Assembly: GCA_964572825.1 (NCBI GenBank)
Contig: CAZNGS010000004.1
Location: 29,158-93,157, forward strand
Source of the DNA: an uncultured candidatus Brocadiaceae bacterium
GTDB taxonomy: Bacteria; Planctomycetota; Brocadiia; SM23-32
Direction: 5' to 3'
DNA: 64,000 nucleotides
Every line of letters begins with the position of its first letter. Positions within the stretch are counted from its first letter, which is position 1. The position numbers and the translations under genes were made by a program. Positions 1 through 9,471 of this stretch are shown piece by piece. The notes beneath the pieces were generated by a model. That model worked only from the letters and a program-made list of their open reading frames with translations, ran no database searches and was not told where the DNA came from.

Positions 1-1916
1 TCCTCGTAGTCGTGCCTGGCCGCGGCCCGGATGCTGGGTTCGGTCGGCATGAACGTCTGGACGATGACCCGGCCGCCCGCCGGCCCGCGCCCCGTGCGGC
101 CGGCCACCTGGGCCAGCAGTTGGAAAGTGCGCTCCCGGGACCGGAAGTCGGGCAGGTGAAGGGCCACGTCCGCGTTCACCACGCCGACGGTTGTCACGTT
201 GGGGAAGTCCAGCCCCTTGGCAACCATCTGGGTGCCCACCAGTATCTGGGCCTCCCCTTTTCGGAAGGCCTCCAGCTTCTTCTCGTGAGAGCGTCGGGCC
301 CGGGTGGTGTCGCTGTCCATGCGGATCGAAGTGCTTCCGGGAAACAGCTCGTCCACCGCTGCGTGGACCTTTTCCGTTCCGGTGCCGCCGAAGCGCATCG
401 GCTCCAGACCGCATTCCGGACAGGCCGCCGGGGGACGCTGTTGATAGCCGCAGTAGTGGCATTCGGCCACGTTTATCTTGCGGTGGTAGTTGAGGGTGAT
501 GTCGCAGCGATGGCATTTCAGCACGAAACCGCAGCGCGGGCAGTGCACGAACGGGGAGTATCCCCGGCGGTTGATGAACAGCAGGGCCTGCTGGCCCTGC
601 TCCAGGCTCTCCCGCACGCACACCTCCAGGCGCCGGCTGATCACCCGCAGCTTCCCCCTGCCGGCCCACTCCTCGCGCATGTCCACTATTTCCACGGGCG
701 GCAGGGGGTGATCGCCTATTCGATGCGTCAGCCGCAGGGCCGTGTACTTGCCCGTGCGGGCGTTGTAGTAGCTCTCCAGCGACGGCGTTGCCGTGCCCAG
801 CACGACCAGGGCCTCGTTCTGCTGGGCGCGGACGATGGCCACGTCGCGGGCGTGATAGCGGGGTGTGCTGTCCTGCTTGAAGGTGTTCTCGTGCTCCTCG
901 TCGATCACCAGCAGCCCCAGATCGGGCACGGGGGCAAACACGGCGGACCGGGCGCCGATCACCACGTCCGCCTCGCCCCGGCGGATGGTCTGCCACTGGC
1001 GGCGGCGTTCGGCCTCGGTCAGGTGGCTGTGCAGCACGGCCAGCCGCTCGAAGCGGCTGCTGAAATGCCGCACCGTCTGGGGCGTCAGGCTTATCTCGGG
1101 CACCAGCACTATTGCCTGGCGCCCCCGCCTGACCACGTCGTCGATGGCGTGCAGATACACCTCCGTCTTGCCGCTGGAGGTTATGCCGTGCAGCAGGAGG
1201 ACGTGGAAGCAGCCGCGCTCGACCCACCGGCTTATCTGGCCGTACGCCTGCTGCTGCTCCGGGGTCAGCCGGTGAGGGGGGCGGGGCTCGGCCCGGACCT
1301 GGCTCAGGGGGTCTTCGGCCTCCACGGTGCGTTTTTCGACGCTGATCAGGCCCCGCCGCTGGAGGGCGCCGGAGGAGGAGCGGGAGGTGGAGGTGCTCTT
1401 CAGGATTTTGACCAGCGGCGCCTCCCCGTCCGCCGCGGCCAGGGCGCGCAGTATCTTGCTCTGGGCGGGACTGCGCTCGAATATCTGGTCCGCTTTCTCC
1501 TCCGCCTCTTCGGGACTCATCTGGAGGCGGGCGAACTGGAGCCTCCGCCTGCGCCGTCCCTTCCGCACTGCCGCCGGGAGCACGGCATGGAGCGCTTCGC
1601 CGCGCGAGCACCTGTAGTAATCGGAGACCCAGCGGGCCAGCTCCATCAACTCCGGCGTGAGCAGCGGTTTATCGTCCAGGCACCGGGCAAGGGGCTTGAG
1701 TTTGGCGTCGGCCACGTCCGATTCGGACTTGAGCGCCACGCAGTATCCCAGCACCCCGGAACGGTTGCCGAAGGGCACGCGCACCCGGCTGCCCCGCCGC
1801 ACTCGCCCGCGCAGGGGCTCGGGTATGATGTAGTCGAAGGTGCGGTCCAGCGGCAGGTTCAGGGCCACCACCGCTATGCGCGGCTCGGTCTGGTCGGCTT
1901 CGCTGCACTCAGCCAT
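1..1916 (-). CDS. priA: primosomal replication protein N' (PriA helicase); 3' end runs off the window
   Basis: I translated the minus strand from the ATG at 1916 (MAECSEADQTEPRIAVVALNLPLDRTFDYIIPE...). It shows Walker A GITSSGKTEVY, VIDEEHE, the zinc-binding CxxC pairs CPRCG/CHRC and CHYCG/CPEC, and GTQMVAKGLDFPNV. It is absent from the ORF track because it is open at the window edge. Confidence 0.93.
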   Translation of the reverse strand, partial: MAECSEADQTEPRIAVVALNLPLDRTFDYIIPEPLRGRVRRGSRVRVPFGNRSGVLGYCVALKSESDVADAKLKPLARCLDDKPLLTPELMELARWVSDYYRCSRGEALHAVLPAAVRKGRRRRRLQFARLQMSPEEAEEKADQIFERSPAQSKILRALAAADGEAPLVKILKSTSTSRSSSGALQRRGLISVEKRTVEAEDPLSQVRAEPRPPHRLTPEQQQAYGQISRWVERGCFHVLLLHGITSSGKTEVYLHAIDDVVRRGRQAIVLVPEISLTPQTVRHFSSRFERLAVLHSHLTEAERRRQWQTIRRGEADVVIGARSAVFAPVPDLGLLVIDEEHENTFKQDSTPRYHARDVAIVRAQQNEALVVLGTATPSLESYYNARTGKYTALRLTHRIGDHPLPPVEIVDMREEWAGRGKLRVISRRLEVCVRESLEQGQQALLFINRRGYSPFVHCPRCGFVLKCHRCDITLNYHRKINVAECHYCGYQQRPPAACPECGLEPMRFGGTGTEKVHAAVDELFPGSTSIRMDSDTTRARRSHEKKLEAFRKGEAQILVGTQMVAKGLDFPNVTTVGVVNADVALHLPDFRSRERTFQLLAQVAGRTGRGPAGGRVIVQTFMPTEPSIRAAARHDYE

Positions 1917-2093
1917 CGGGCGGGGCATCCTCCTCAGAGCCTTCCACGGCATGGATTATGGCTGCGGGGGTGCCGGGCTGTCAACCCACGGCGGGCCGGC
2001 GCCGGGTCGTTTCGCGTTCGGCTCAGCAGCCCTGTCCGGTGGGATCAGCCGTTGTGCCGTTCGAGGCGCCGCCGGAATTCCCCGGCAAAACGC

Positions 2094-2132
2094 GTCAACA
2101 GGGTTGACAAAGGGTTCGCGTGCGTTTAAGTT
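2094..2132 (+). promoter_or_regulatory. candidate sigma70-type promoter with an inverted repeat over the -35, upstream of the coiled-coil membrane protein gene
   Basis: TTGACA (2104-2109), a 17-bp spacer, then TAAGTT (2127-2132). The perfect inverted repeat GTCAAC-AGG-GTTGAC (2094-2108) overlaps the -35. It sits in the 320-bp divergent priA/2241 intergenic region. Confidence 0.35.
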
Positions 2133-2240
2133 TATAGGGCGTGGAATGCCAGAATCGGAGATGAGCCTCGCTCTGCGGGCCGTTGTGGTCGGTGCGCGTG
2201 GAGCGAAGGGCGACAACTCGATCGTGATGGGAGAGGGACT

Positions 2241-3296
2241 ATGGCCGCCGTGAGACGCAGTTCTGAGTCCGGAGTCGTCGTCGCATTGGTGGTGTTTGTC
2301 ATCCTGGCCGTGGCGGGCGTTGGCAGCGCCATCTACTTCTACCAGAGATATGCGCAGACCAGACAGGCCGTGGCGACCACCCAGCAGGCGGTCCAGGAAA
2401 CCATCCACGCCGTCTTCAAGGACGCCGGCTGGAGTCTCACCACCCGGGAAGCGTCTCCCCTGGGCGTCGAGTACACCCAGGAGAGCTTCGGCGACGTGGC
2501 CGCCAGACTGGGGGAGGCCGCCGAATACGAGGACCTGCGGGAGAACCTGTTGGGTTGGGAGAGCATCGATGGGCTGAGGGATGCCATCCGGACGGCGCCG
2601 GTGCAGAAAGAGGCGGAAGCCGCGGGCAATCCCCCCATGGCCACGCTGAAGGGTCTGCTGGCACTTTACGGGAAGCTCTACCAGCAACGCGTCTCGGAAG
2701 TGGCGAGCCTCAAGGCTCAGAGCCAGGAGTTGAAGCAGCAGCTCAACCGCGCCGAAAGCGAAAAGACCGAACTGGAAAACCAGTTGCGCGCCCAGCTGAA
2801 CGCCGAGGCGCAGTCGTACAAACAGAAAACGGTCGCACTGCAGCAGAGCAACGATGAACTGAACAAGGAGCTGGGCCGGCGCAGCCAGCAGGCCAGCAAG
2901 CGCCAGGAGGAGTATCAGAAACAGCTCAATCAGGCCAACAGCAAAATCGCCAGCCTGCAGGACCAGGTGGAGGAGTGGAAGGAGCGCTACTGGGAGAGGG
3001 TCAGGGGACCTGAAAAACGCCCACAGCTTCAGCCCGATGGCAAAGTGATCCGCCTGGATGAGGAGGACGACTTCGTTTACGTGGAAGGCGGCCAGGACAA
3101 AGGCTTCCGAGAGAATGAGCGCTACGTCGTCTTCGAACGGATGCCCTCCGGGGAGGACCGCAAAAAAGCCATCATCGTTCTGGGCGAGGTCGGCGAGATC
3201 GTCTCCCGCGCCGCCATTGTGAGCGAGGACCAGTACGTGCTGGAGGGGGATTACTTCGTTTCCGTGGCCAGGTGGGACGAGTTCCACGGTGGCTGA
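2241..3296 (+). CDS. membrane-anchored coiled-coil protein (hypothetical)
   Basis: N-terminal TM helix (VVVALVVFVILAVAGVGSAIYFY), then a long heptad-like Q/E/K/L-rich segment (SLKAQSQELKQQLNRAESEKTELENQLRAQL...), then a small C-terminal domain. The composition is protein-like, unlike the overlapping antisense ORF. Confidence 0.7.
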   Translation: MAAVRRSSESGVVVALVVFVILAVAGVGSAIYFYQRYAQTRQAVATTQQAVQETIHAVFKDAGWSLTTREASPLGVEYTQESFGDVAARLGEAAEYEDLRENLLGWESIDGLRDAIRTAPVQKEAEAAGNPPMATLKGLLALYGKLYQQRVSEVASLKAQSQELKQQLNRAESEKTELENQLRAQLNAEAQSYKQKTVALQQSNDELNKELGRRSQQASKRQEEYQKQLNQANSKIASLQDQVEEWKERYWERVRGPEKRPQLQPDGKVIRLDEEDDFVYVEGGQDKGFRENERYVVFERMPSGEDRKKAIIVLGEVGEIVSRAAIVSEDQYVLEGDYFVSVARWDEFHGG

Positions 3297-3341
3297 GCGT
3301 CCCGCGTTCGGGCAAGAGCAGCTTTACTCCATCCTGTCGCT

Positions 3342-3359
3342 CTGCCGTTCCGACGGCAG
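3342..3359 (+). terminator. stem-loop downstream of the coiled-coil gene (no T-tract)
   Basis: CTGCCGT-tccg-ACGGCAG: a 7-bp perfect stem about 46 nt after the stop at 3296. There is no U-run, so an intrinsic-terminator role is tentative. Confidence 0.3.
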
Positions 3360-3402
3360 TGCCCGGCGCACCCGGATGGCACAGGTGCAGTCCGCCGTCA
3401 GC

Positions 3403-3477
3403 TTCCCGGTGGTGTAATTGGTAACACAGCAGGTTTTGGTCCTGCCGTTCCTGGTTCGAATCCAGGCCGGGAAGCCA
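3403..3477 (+). tRNA. tRNA-Gln (anticodon UUG)
   Basis: Hand-folded 75-nt cloverleaf. Acceptor TTCCCGG/CCGGGAA, D-arm GTGT-AATTGGTA-ACAC, anticodon arm GCAGG-TTTTGGT-CCTGC (anticodon TTG), variable loop CGTT, T-arm CCTGG-TTCGAAT-CCAGG, discriminator G, encoded CCA. The U1:A72 pair and G73 are typical of tRNA-Gln. Confidence 0.9.
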
Positions 3478-3757
3478 TCCTCACCTTTCGGCGTGGCATA
3501 GCGGAAGAGCCGAACGGCAGACGCCTGCAACGGGCGAGGACCCCACCGCGCCGGATGTCGCCTGCTCTCCCGCGCCCCCGCGCCAGGGGGCGAAGCAATC
3601 TCGCCGTTGTGGTCTCTACCCGCCCGAAGAGGTGTCACAGCCCGGTGGTCCGGCCGTGCATCGTTATCCCTCCCCGGACGGGCAGGCGCGAAACTGCCCT
3701 GAGATGGGTGGCGCGAATTGCCCGTCGCCGAAGATTATCTTCCAGGGGAGGTTTTGC

Positions 3758-3792
3758 TTGACAGGCGATCTATTGTCCCGTATAGTCTATAC
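3758..3792 (+). promoter_or_regulatory. sigma70-type promoter of dinB copy 1 with a palindromic operator candidate
   Basis: TTGACA (3758-3763), a 17-bp spacer, then TATAGT (3781-3786). The perfect palindrome GTATAG-T-CTATAC (3780-3792) covers the -10 and the predicted start site. Confidence 0.5.
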
Positions 3793-3833
3793 GAGTGAGC
3801 CAATGCGCCCTGTATCGCGGCCGGAGGGGAACG

Positions 3834-5132
3834 ATGGACGCACCCTTGATCCTTCACGTGGATATCGACGCGTTCTTTGCCTCGGCGGAGCAGGTCCTGC
3901 GGCCGGACCTGCAGGGCAAACCGGTCGTCGTGGGCGGCGGCCTGAAGGGCAGAGGGGTGGTCGCCTCCGCTTCCTACGAGGCCCGCCGGTTCGGCCTGAA
4001 GGCGGGGATGCCCATTCACCGGGCCCGGGAGCTGTGCCCGCAGGGCATCTACCTGTCCGGCAGCTTCGAACGATATAACCGTTTTTCCGAGCAGGTGTTC
4101 GAGGTGCTCTCGGGCATCAGTCCGTCGGTGGAGCAGACCTCCCTGGACGAGGCCTGCCTTTCCCTGGACGGGTGCCGGCGGATGTACGGCGCCTGGTGCG
4201 GTCGTCCGTCGGCGCGGATGCCTTTCCGGGAGGGGCCCGACGGCGTTTACTGCCGTTCGGACGCTCGTCCCGTGCCGGTCTCTCAGCGGACCCTGGTGCC
4301 GGGGCCGTGGCGCTGGGTGGCGGCCGTGGCGGAGGGCCTGAAGCGCCGCGTCCGCGCGGAGACGGGGTTGAGCGTATCCGTGGGCGGGGGAACCAACAAG
4401 CTGGTGGCGAAGGTGGCCTGCGATTTCTGCAGGCCGCGGGGGCTGACCCTGGTGGCGCCGGGTCGGGAGGCGGATTTCCTGGCCGGGCTGCCGTTGGGGG
4501 AACTGCCCGGCATCGGCCCCGCCACGCGGGAGAGGTTCCGCAGGTGGAACGTAGGGACCGTAAAGGCGGCGCGGCGGCTGCCGGTGGAACTGCTGGAGGA
4601 CGCCTTCGGCAGCCACCGCGGCCGGGCCATCTACCGGCTGCTCCGCGGGGAGGGGGCGGTGGAGCCGGAAAGCCCCGACCGGCCCCGCAGCATCAGCCGG
4701 GAGACCACTTTCTGGACGGCGCGGGCGGACTATGAATTCGTGGAAGCCATGTTGTTCAACCTGACCGAACGGCTGGGGCGGGCCCTGCGCCGGGAGAAGC
4801 TGGAGGGACGGACCGCCCACTTGAAGCTGGGCTACCAGGATTCCGTGGCGGTCCAGCGCTCCCGTTCGATGGGGGCACATACCGACCGGGACGACCGGAT
4901 ATTCGAGGCCGCGCGCCGGATGCTGCGGATCGGCTGGTGTCGGAGCCGACGGGTGCGTCTGGTGGGAGTGGGGATGAGCGACCTGCGTCCGGCGCGCGTC
5001 TTCCAGGCGTCGCTTTTCGACGACGGGGCGGAGCGCTACCGGCGGATCGATCGCTGCCTGGACGAGTTGAGGAAGCGGTTCGGATTCCAGGCGGTCCGCA
5101 GGGGCCTGTCCATCAAGCTAGCAGGGGGTTGA
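3834..5132 (+). CDS. dinB: DNA polymerase IV (Y-family), paralog 1
   Basis: MDAPLILHVDIDAFFASAEQ, SYEARRFGLKAGMP and SLDEACL motifs. The RBS GGAGGGG lies upstream of the ATG at 3834. The track ORF starts earlier, at a GTG inside the promoter. Confidence 0.9.
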   Translation: MDAPLILHVDIDAFFASAEQVLRPDLQGKPVVVGGGLKGRGVVASASYEARRFGLKAGMPIHRARELCPQGIYLSGSFERYNRFSEQVFEVLSGISPSVEQTSLDEACLSLDGCRRMYGAWCGRPSARMPFREGPDGVYCRSDARPVPVSQRTLVPGPWRWVAAVAEGLKRRVRAETGLSVSVGGGTNKLVAKVACDFCRPRGLTLVAPGREADFLAGLPLGELPGIGPATRERFRRWNVGTVKAARRLPVELLEDAFGSHRGRAIYRLLRGEGAVEPESPDRPRSISRETTFWTARADYEFVEAMLFNLTERLGRALRREKLEGRTAHLKLGYQDSVAVQRSRSMGAHTDRDDRIFEAARRMLRIGWCRSRRVRLVGVGMSDLRPARVFQASLFDDGAERYRRIDRCLDELRKRFGFQAVRRGLSIKLAGG

Positions 5133-5221
5133 CCGGCCGCGCCCCTTTCCCTCGATACCCGCGGGCGTGCCTGGTAATATAATGGCGTGTCGATGCTGCT
5201 ACATTCCCCGCGGTGTGCTAT

Positions 5222-6226
5222 ATGGGACGCTGCACAGGCGTGACGACGCTGCTGGCGTTGGCGAGCGTGCTCTGCCTGGGGGCCGAAGCCCCGGAGGCGG
5301 AGCCGCTGGTGCGCGTGAACGGTCACGTAATCACCACGGCCGACCTGGAGAGGTCCCTGCGGTTGCAGGGCGCCGTCGCTGAACAAGAGCGGTTGCCCGG
5401 CCCGCCCGACGCGGAGTACGAGCAACTGCGGGCCCAGCGCAGGAAGGACGCGCTGCAGGGGCTGATCGACCGGCAGCTGCTGCTGCAGAAAGCCCGCAAG
5501 GAGTATCTGGGTGACGTAGACATTGCCGGGGTCATGGATGCCCTGGCCGAGGACCAGTTCGAGAGGGTCTGCGAGCAGGTGGGCTCACGCCTGCGACTCC
5601 AGCACCTGCTGTCCCAATCGAGTGTGACGGTAAAGGAGTTCAAGCGGCGGCAGGCGGAGAATCTCCTCATCAACAAGTTGCTGCTGGATGAAGTCTACGC
5701 TACCGTCCACGTCTCGCCGGCGCAGATACGCCGCTATTATCGGGAGCACAGGGACGAGTTCACGGTTCCGCGCACGATAGTCTACCGGCAGATGTTCTTT
5801 CCGGTGGTGGGCTCGGAGGAGTTGGCCCCGGTCAGGCGTAAAGCGGCGGCGGTGCGGCGGCAGATACTCCAGGGCGCCGAGTTTGCCCGGCTGGCCGACG
5901 AGCACTCGGCGGATGCAGACCGCTATCCCGGGGGGCTCCACGAGGTGGCGGTCCCCGAGCAACAGGGCGACTGGGTGCCGCCGGCCGTTGAGGGACTCGA
6001 GCCGGGGCAGCTCTCGGAGGTCCGACGGGTCAGCGGCGGCCTGGCCATTGTGCGCCTGGAAGAGATTCGCCCTGCCCACGTGCTCCCCTTCGAGCAGGTC
6101 CAGTCCGGCATCCGGGAGGAGCTGCTGCAGGCCGAGAAGGCAGAGGCATACAACCGCTATGTGGCGCGGCTCAGGGAGCGGGCCGTCCTGATGGAGTATC
6201 CCGCCGCCTCCGAGATGGGTCTCTGA
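5222..6226 (+). CDS. parvulin-type peptidyl-prolyl cis-trans isomerase (SurA/PpiC-like), secreted
   Basis: Signal-peptide-like N-terminus (TTLLALASVLCLGAEAP), a SurA-N-like helical region, and a PpiC-type rotamase segment (FARLADEHSADADRYPGGLHEV...GLAIVRLEE). The start could be GTG 5213 or ATG 5222. Confidence 0.8.
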   Translation: MGRCTGVTTLLALASVLCLGAEAPEAEPLVRVNGHVITTADLERSLRLQGAVAEQERLPGPPDAEYEQLRAQRRKDALQGLIDRQLLLQKARKEYLGDVDIAGVMDALAEDQFERVCEQVGSRLRLQHLLSQSSVTVKEFKRRQAENLLINKLLLDEVYATVHVSPAQIRRYYREHRDEFTVPRTIVYRQMFFPVVGSEELAPVRRKAAAVRRQILQGAEFARLADEHSADADRYPGGLHEVAVPEQQGDWVPPAVEGLEPGQLSEVRRVSGGLAIVRLEEIRPAHVLPFEQVQSGIREELLQAEKAEAYNRYVARLRERAVLMEYPAASEMGL

Positions 6227-6245
6227 CCTTGCGGGCCGAGAGGGG

Positions 6246-7230
6246 TCAGAGGATCCTGGCCTCCCCGCCGGGGCGGCCGTTCTGCTCCAGCCATTCCAGC
6301 ACCTCCGCCAGGCTGGCCGTGGCCACGCAGATGCGGGTGTCCGCCGCGCCATAGTAGAGGCGAAGGGTATCGCAGTCGTCGGCGAGCGTCAGTCCGCAGG
6401 GGAAGACCACGTCGGGCACGTCGCCCGTTCTCTCGTAGTCGGGTCCGGGTCCGAAGATCCACTCGTCGCTCCGCAGCAGCACCTGGCGGGGGTCTTCCAG
6501 GTCCAGCAGCGCCGCTCCCAGGCGGTAGATGGCGCCGGACGCCGTGCTGCGGATGCCGTGGTAGAAGATCAGCCAGCCCCGGTCCGTCTCCAGGGGAGGC
6601 GTGGAGAGGCCGATCTTGCGCGCGTCCCAACCACGCGCCTCGCCGGGCTTCTATGAGGATGCGCGCCTCGCCCCAGTGTTTGAGGTCGGGGGACCAGGAG
6701 AGCCAGATGTGGGCGGGGTGGTCCAGGCTCATCGGCCGGTGGATCATGGCCCATCGGTCGTCGAACTTCCGGGGGAACAGGGCCGCGTCCTTGTCGTCCG
6801 GGCTCAGGACCATGCCCAGCCGGGAGAAGTCCCGAAAATGCTCCGTGAAGGCCAGCGCAACGCCGGGGCCGCCCAGGGAATAGCAGGCATAACTGACGGC
6901 GTAGCGGTCCTTCTCCTCCAGCCATGTGATGCGCGGGTCCTCAATGCCCCAGGTCTCCTCGGGGTAGTTCTCCGGGTCCGGCAGTAACGTGGGTTCGGAG
7001 TCGATTTCCCAGTCCGTCATGCCGTTCTCGGACCTTGCGGCGCAGAGATGGGAGATACCGCGCATGTCCTCGGCCCGGGCCAGCAGCAGGGTCTCGCCGG
7101 AGTGGAGCCGGACCGCGCCCGCGTTGAAGACGCTGTTGACCATGTACGGCCACTGATCGGCGGTCAGGATGGGGTTGCGGCCGCTGCGTTTGAACAGATC
7201 GTGCCCTCGAGCTTTGCCTGGATCGTACAT
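6246..7230 (-). pseudogene. glycoside hydrolase family 130 (beta-mannoside phosphorylase-like), interrupted by a 1-nt frameshift near 6629-6630
   Basis: The N-terminal two thirds lie in the frame of track ORF 6157..7230 (NPILTADQWPY...DPRITWLEEKDRYAVSYA...LFPRKFDDRWAMIHRP...HWGEARILIEARRGAW). The family-conserved continuation is in the adjacent frame and ends at 6246 (WDARKIGLSTPPLETDRGWLIFYHGIRSTASGAIYRLGAALLDLEDP...YYGAADTRICVAT). The coding strand reads gcgtggTtgggac where gcgtggtgggac would keep the frame. Confidence 0.75.
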
Positions 7231-7287
7231 GTCTGTGGCAGCCTGAGCTTGCAGGAAAACGAACCAGAAACGGTAGAACGCGCGCTG

Positions 7288-9309
7288 TCAGCCGTCGGCC
7301 TGAAGGAGCGCAAGGGCCCGGTCGAAGACATTTTGTGGCGATAACCCCAGCTCCTCCATGACTTCCTGGCCCGGTCCGGAGGCCCCGAAGCGCCGAAGGC
7401 CGATCACCTCGCCTTCATCTCCCACGTACCTTTCCCACCCCATGGGCGAGCCGGCCTCCACGGCCAGGCGTTTGCGCACCGCCTGCGGCAAAACTGCGCG
7501 ACGATACTCGGCGCTCTGCTGCTCGAAAAGCTCCCAGGACGGGAAGCTGACGGTCCGGACGCGCACGCCCCGGTCCGCCAGCATCCCGGCAGCCTCCAGT
7601 ATGAGGTGCACCTCGGAGCCGCTGGCCATCAGGATGATCTGCGGTTCTCCACGCTCGGGGTCGGACAGCACGTAGGCGCCCTTGTCCAGGTTCCGTGCCG
7701 GGGGATATTCCCGGCGCTCCAGGACGGGCAATTTCTGCCGGCTGCACAGGATGGCCGTGGGACCCTGGCGGCTCATGAGGGCGCTTCGCCATGCCTGGAT
7801 GGTCTCGTTCGCGTCGGCCGGCCGGATGACGGTCCAGTTGGGGATGCAGCGCAGCGAAGCCAGGTGCTCGATAGGCTGATGAGTGGGGCCGTCTTCGCCC
7901 ACACCGATGCTCTCGTGCGTGAACTGGTAGACGACCGGGCACTCCATCAGGCCGGCCAGCCGCAGGGAGGGTCGCGCGTAGTCCGCGAACACGGTGAAGG
8001 TGGAACCGTAGGCCCGCAGGCCGCCGTGGCGGTCGAGGCCGGAGCACGCGGCGGCCATGAGGTGTTCGCGAACGCCGAAGCGGATGTTCTGGGGCTTGAA
8101 ATGGCCGGTGTCCATGCTCCGGCCGTCATCGGGCAGGGTCCTGGTGGAAGACCCCAGGTCGGCGCATCCGCCGACGAGGAACGGGCAATTCTTGCGGAGC
8201 ACTTCCAGCGCGGCGCCGCCGGCGTTGCGCGTTGCCAGGGGGCCGTCCCCGGGCGCATAGACCGGCAGGCCCTCGTCCCAGCCCTCGGGCAGCTCCCCGT
8301 CCCGGGCGGCGCGCCACCGGGCCGCCTCTTCCCGGTACTGTTCGGCGTATCGCTCGAATGTTCTCTGCCATTCGTCCTGGGCCTTTCGGCCCTGCTCGGC
8401 CGCCTCAGCGAACCGCTGCCGAACACCGTCGGGCACCAGGAACATCGCGTCCTCCGGCCAGCCGAGGTTCCGTTTGGTCTCCCGCATCTGTTCGGCATCC
8501 AGTGGGGCTCCGTGTGCCCTGTGGGTGTCCTGGACCGGGCTGGCGTAGCCGATGTGGGTCGTGCACACGATCAGGGAAGGCCGGTCGGCCTCGGCGCGGG
8601 CCTCTCCGATGGCAGCGGCGACGCCGTCCACGTCCGTGGTGGCTTCCTCGACGCGGCAGACGTGCCAGCCGTAGGCCCGGAAGCGGGCGGCCGTGTCGTC
8701 GGTAAACCACCCGGCGGTGGGGCCTTCCAGCGAGATGTCGTTGTCGTCGTAGAGCACGATCAGTTTTCCGAGGCCGAGGTGGCCTGCCAGCGAGCCGGCC
8801 TCGTGACTGATGCCCTCCATCATGTCCCCGTCACTGGCCAGCACGTAGGTGAAGTGGTCCACGATCCGATAGTCGGGCCGGTTGAACTGGCTGGCCAGGT
8901 GGCGCTCGGCAATGGCCAGGCCCACGGCGTTGCCCAGCCCCTGGCCCAGCGGACCGGTGGTGACCTCGACGCCCGGGGCGCAGTCCGCTTCCGGATGGCC
9001 GGGCGTCATGCTGCCGAACTGGCGGAAATCTTTCAGCTCTTCCATCGGCAGATCGTACCCGCTCAGGTGCAGCAGGCTGTAGAGCAGCGCCGAGGCGTGT
9101 CCGGCGGACAGGACGAAGCGGTCGCGGTCCGGCCAGTCCGGATCGCCCGGGTTGAACTTCAGGAACCGCGTCCAGAGGGCGTAACCGATGGCCGCACAGC
9201 CCAGCGGTGCGCCGGGATGCCCGGAGTCGGCCGCGTGCACCATGTCGATCGACAGCGTCCGGATGGTGTTGACGCACAGATCGTCGATGTCCATCTCTTC
9301 CAGCGACAT
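7288..9309 (-). CDS. tkt: transketolase
   Basis: [37 protein letters not shown]..., the thiamine-diphosphate motif GDGDMMEG, and family-typical pyrimidine-binding and C-terminal domains. Length is 673 aa. The 1632-aa track ORF is a run-on upstream of the true ATG at 9309. Confidence 0.95.
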   Translation of the reverse strand: MSLEEMDIDDLCVNTIRTLSIDMVHAADSGHPGAPLGCAAIGYALWTRFLKFNPGDPDWPDRDRFVLSAGHASALLYSLLHLSGYDLPMEELKDFRQFGSMTPGHPEADCAPGVEVTTGPLGQGLGNAVGLAIAERHLASQFNRPDYRIVDHFTYVLASDGDMMEGISHEAGSLAGHLGLGKLIVLYDDNDISLEGPTAGWFTDDTAARFRAYGWHVCRVEEATTDVDGVAAAIGEARAEADRPSLIVCTTHIGYASPVQDTHRAHGAPLDAEQMRETKRNLGWPEDAMFLVPDGVRQRFAEAAEQGRKAQDEWQRTFERYAEQYREEAARWRAARDGELPEGWDEGLPVYAPGDGPLATRNAGGAALEVLRKNCPFLVGGCADLGSSTRTLPDDGRSMDTGHFKPQNIRFGVREHLMAAACSGLDRHGGLRAYGSTFTVFADYARPSLRLAGLMECPVVYQFTHESIGVGEDGPTHQPIEHLASLRCIPNWTVIRPADANETIQAWRSALMSRQGPTAILCSRQKLPVLERREYPPARNLDKGAYVLSDPERGEPQIILMASGSEVHLILEAAGMLADRGVRVRTVSFPSWELFEQQSAEYRRAVLPQAVRKRLAVEAGSPMGWERYVGDEGEVIGLRRFGASGPGQEVMEELGLSPQNVFDRALALLQADG

Positions 9310-9471
9310 TTCGTGCTCCCTGCCATCTGATTCAGGTGAGAAGGTCGGCTGATAGGCGCGGGATTTCCGGCTGCGCCGACAGGCACAGCGGAATATACTA
9401 AAGGATGAGCGAGTTGTGTTCCAGTTCCGCCGCTTACGCGCGGCGGGCACGACGTGAAAGGGGGCGGAATC

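Noticed and set aside
12-2129. A 705-aa plus-strand ORF covering the start of the window.
   Set aside because: It is antisense to priA. Its composition is dominated by R/A/G/P/H/L with no motifs, which is typical of a GC-driven shadow ORF. The minus strand carries unmistakable PriA motifs.
1956-3287. A 443-aa minus-strand ORF opposite the coiled-coil gene.
   Set aside because: It has shadow-ORF composition (L/A/G/P-rich) and no motifs. The plus-strand protein has a TM helix and a regular coiled coil.
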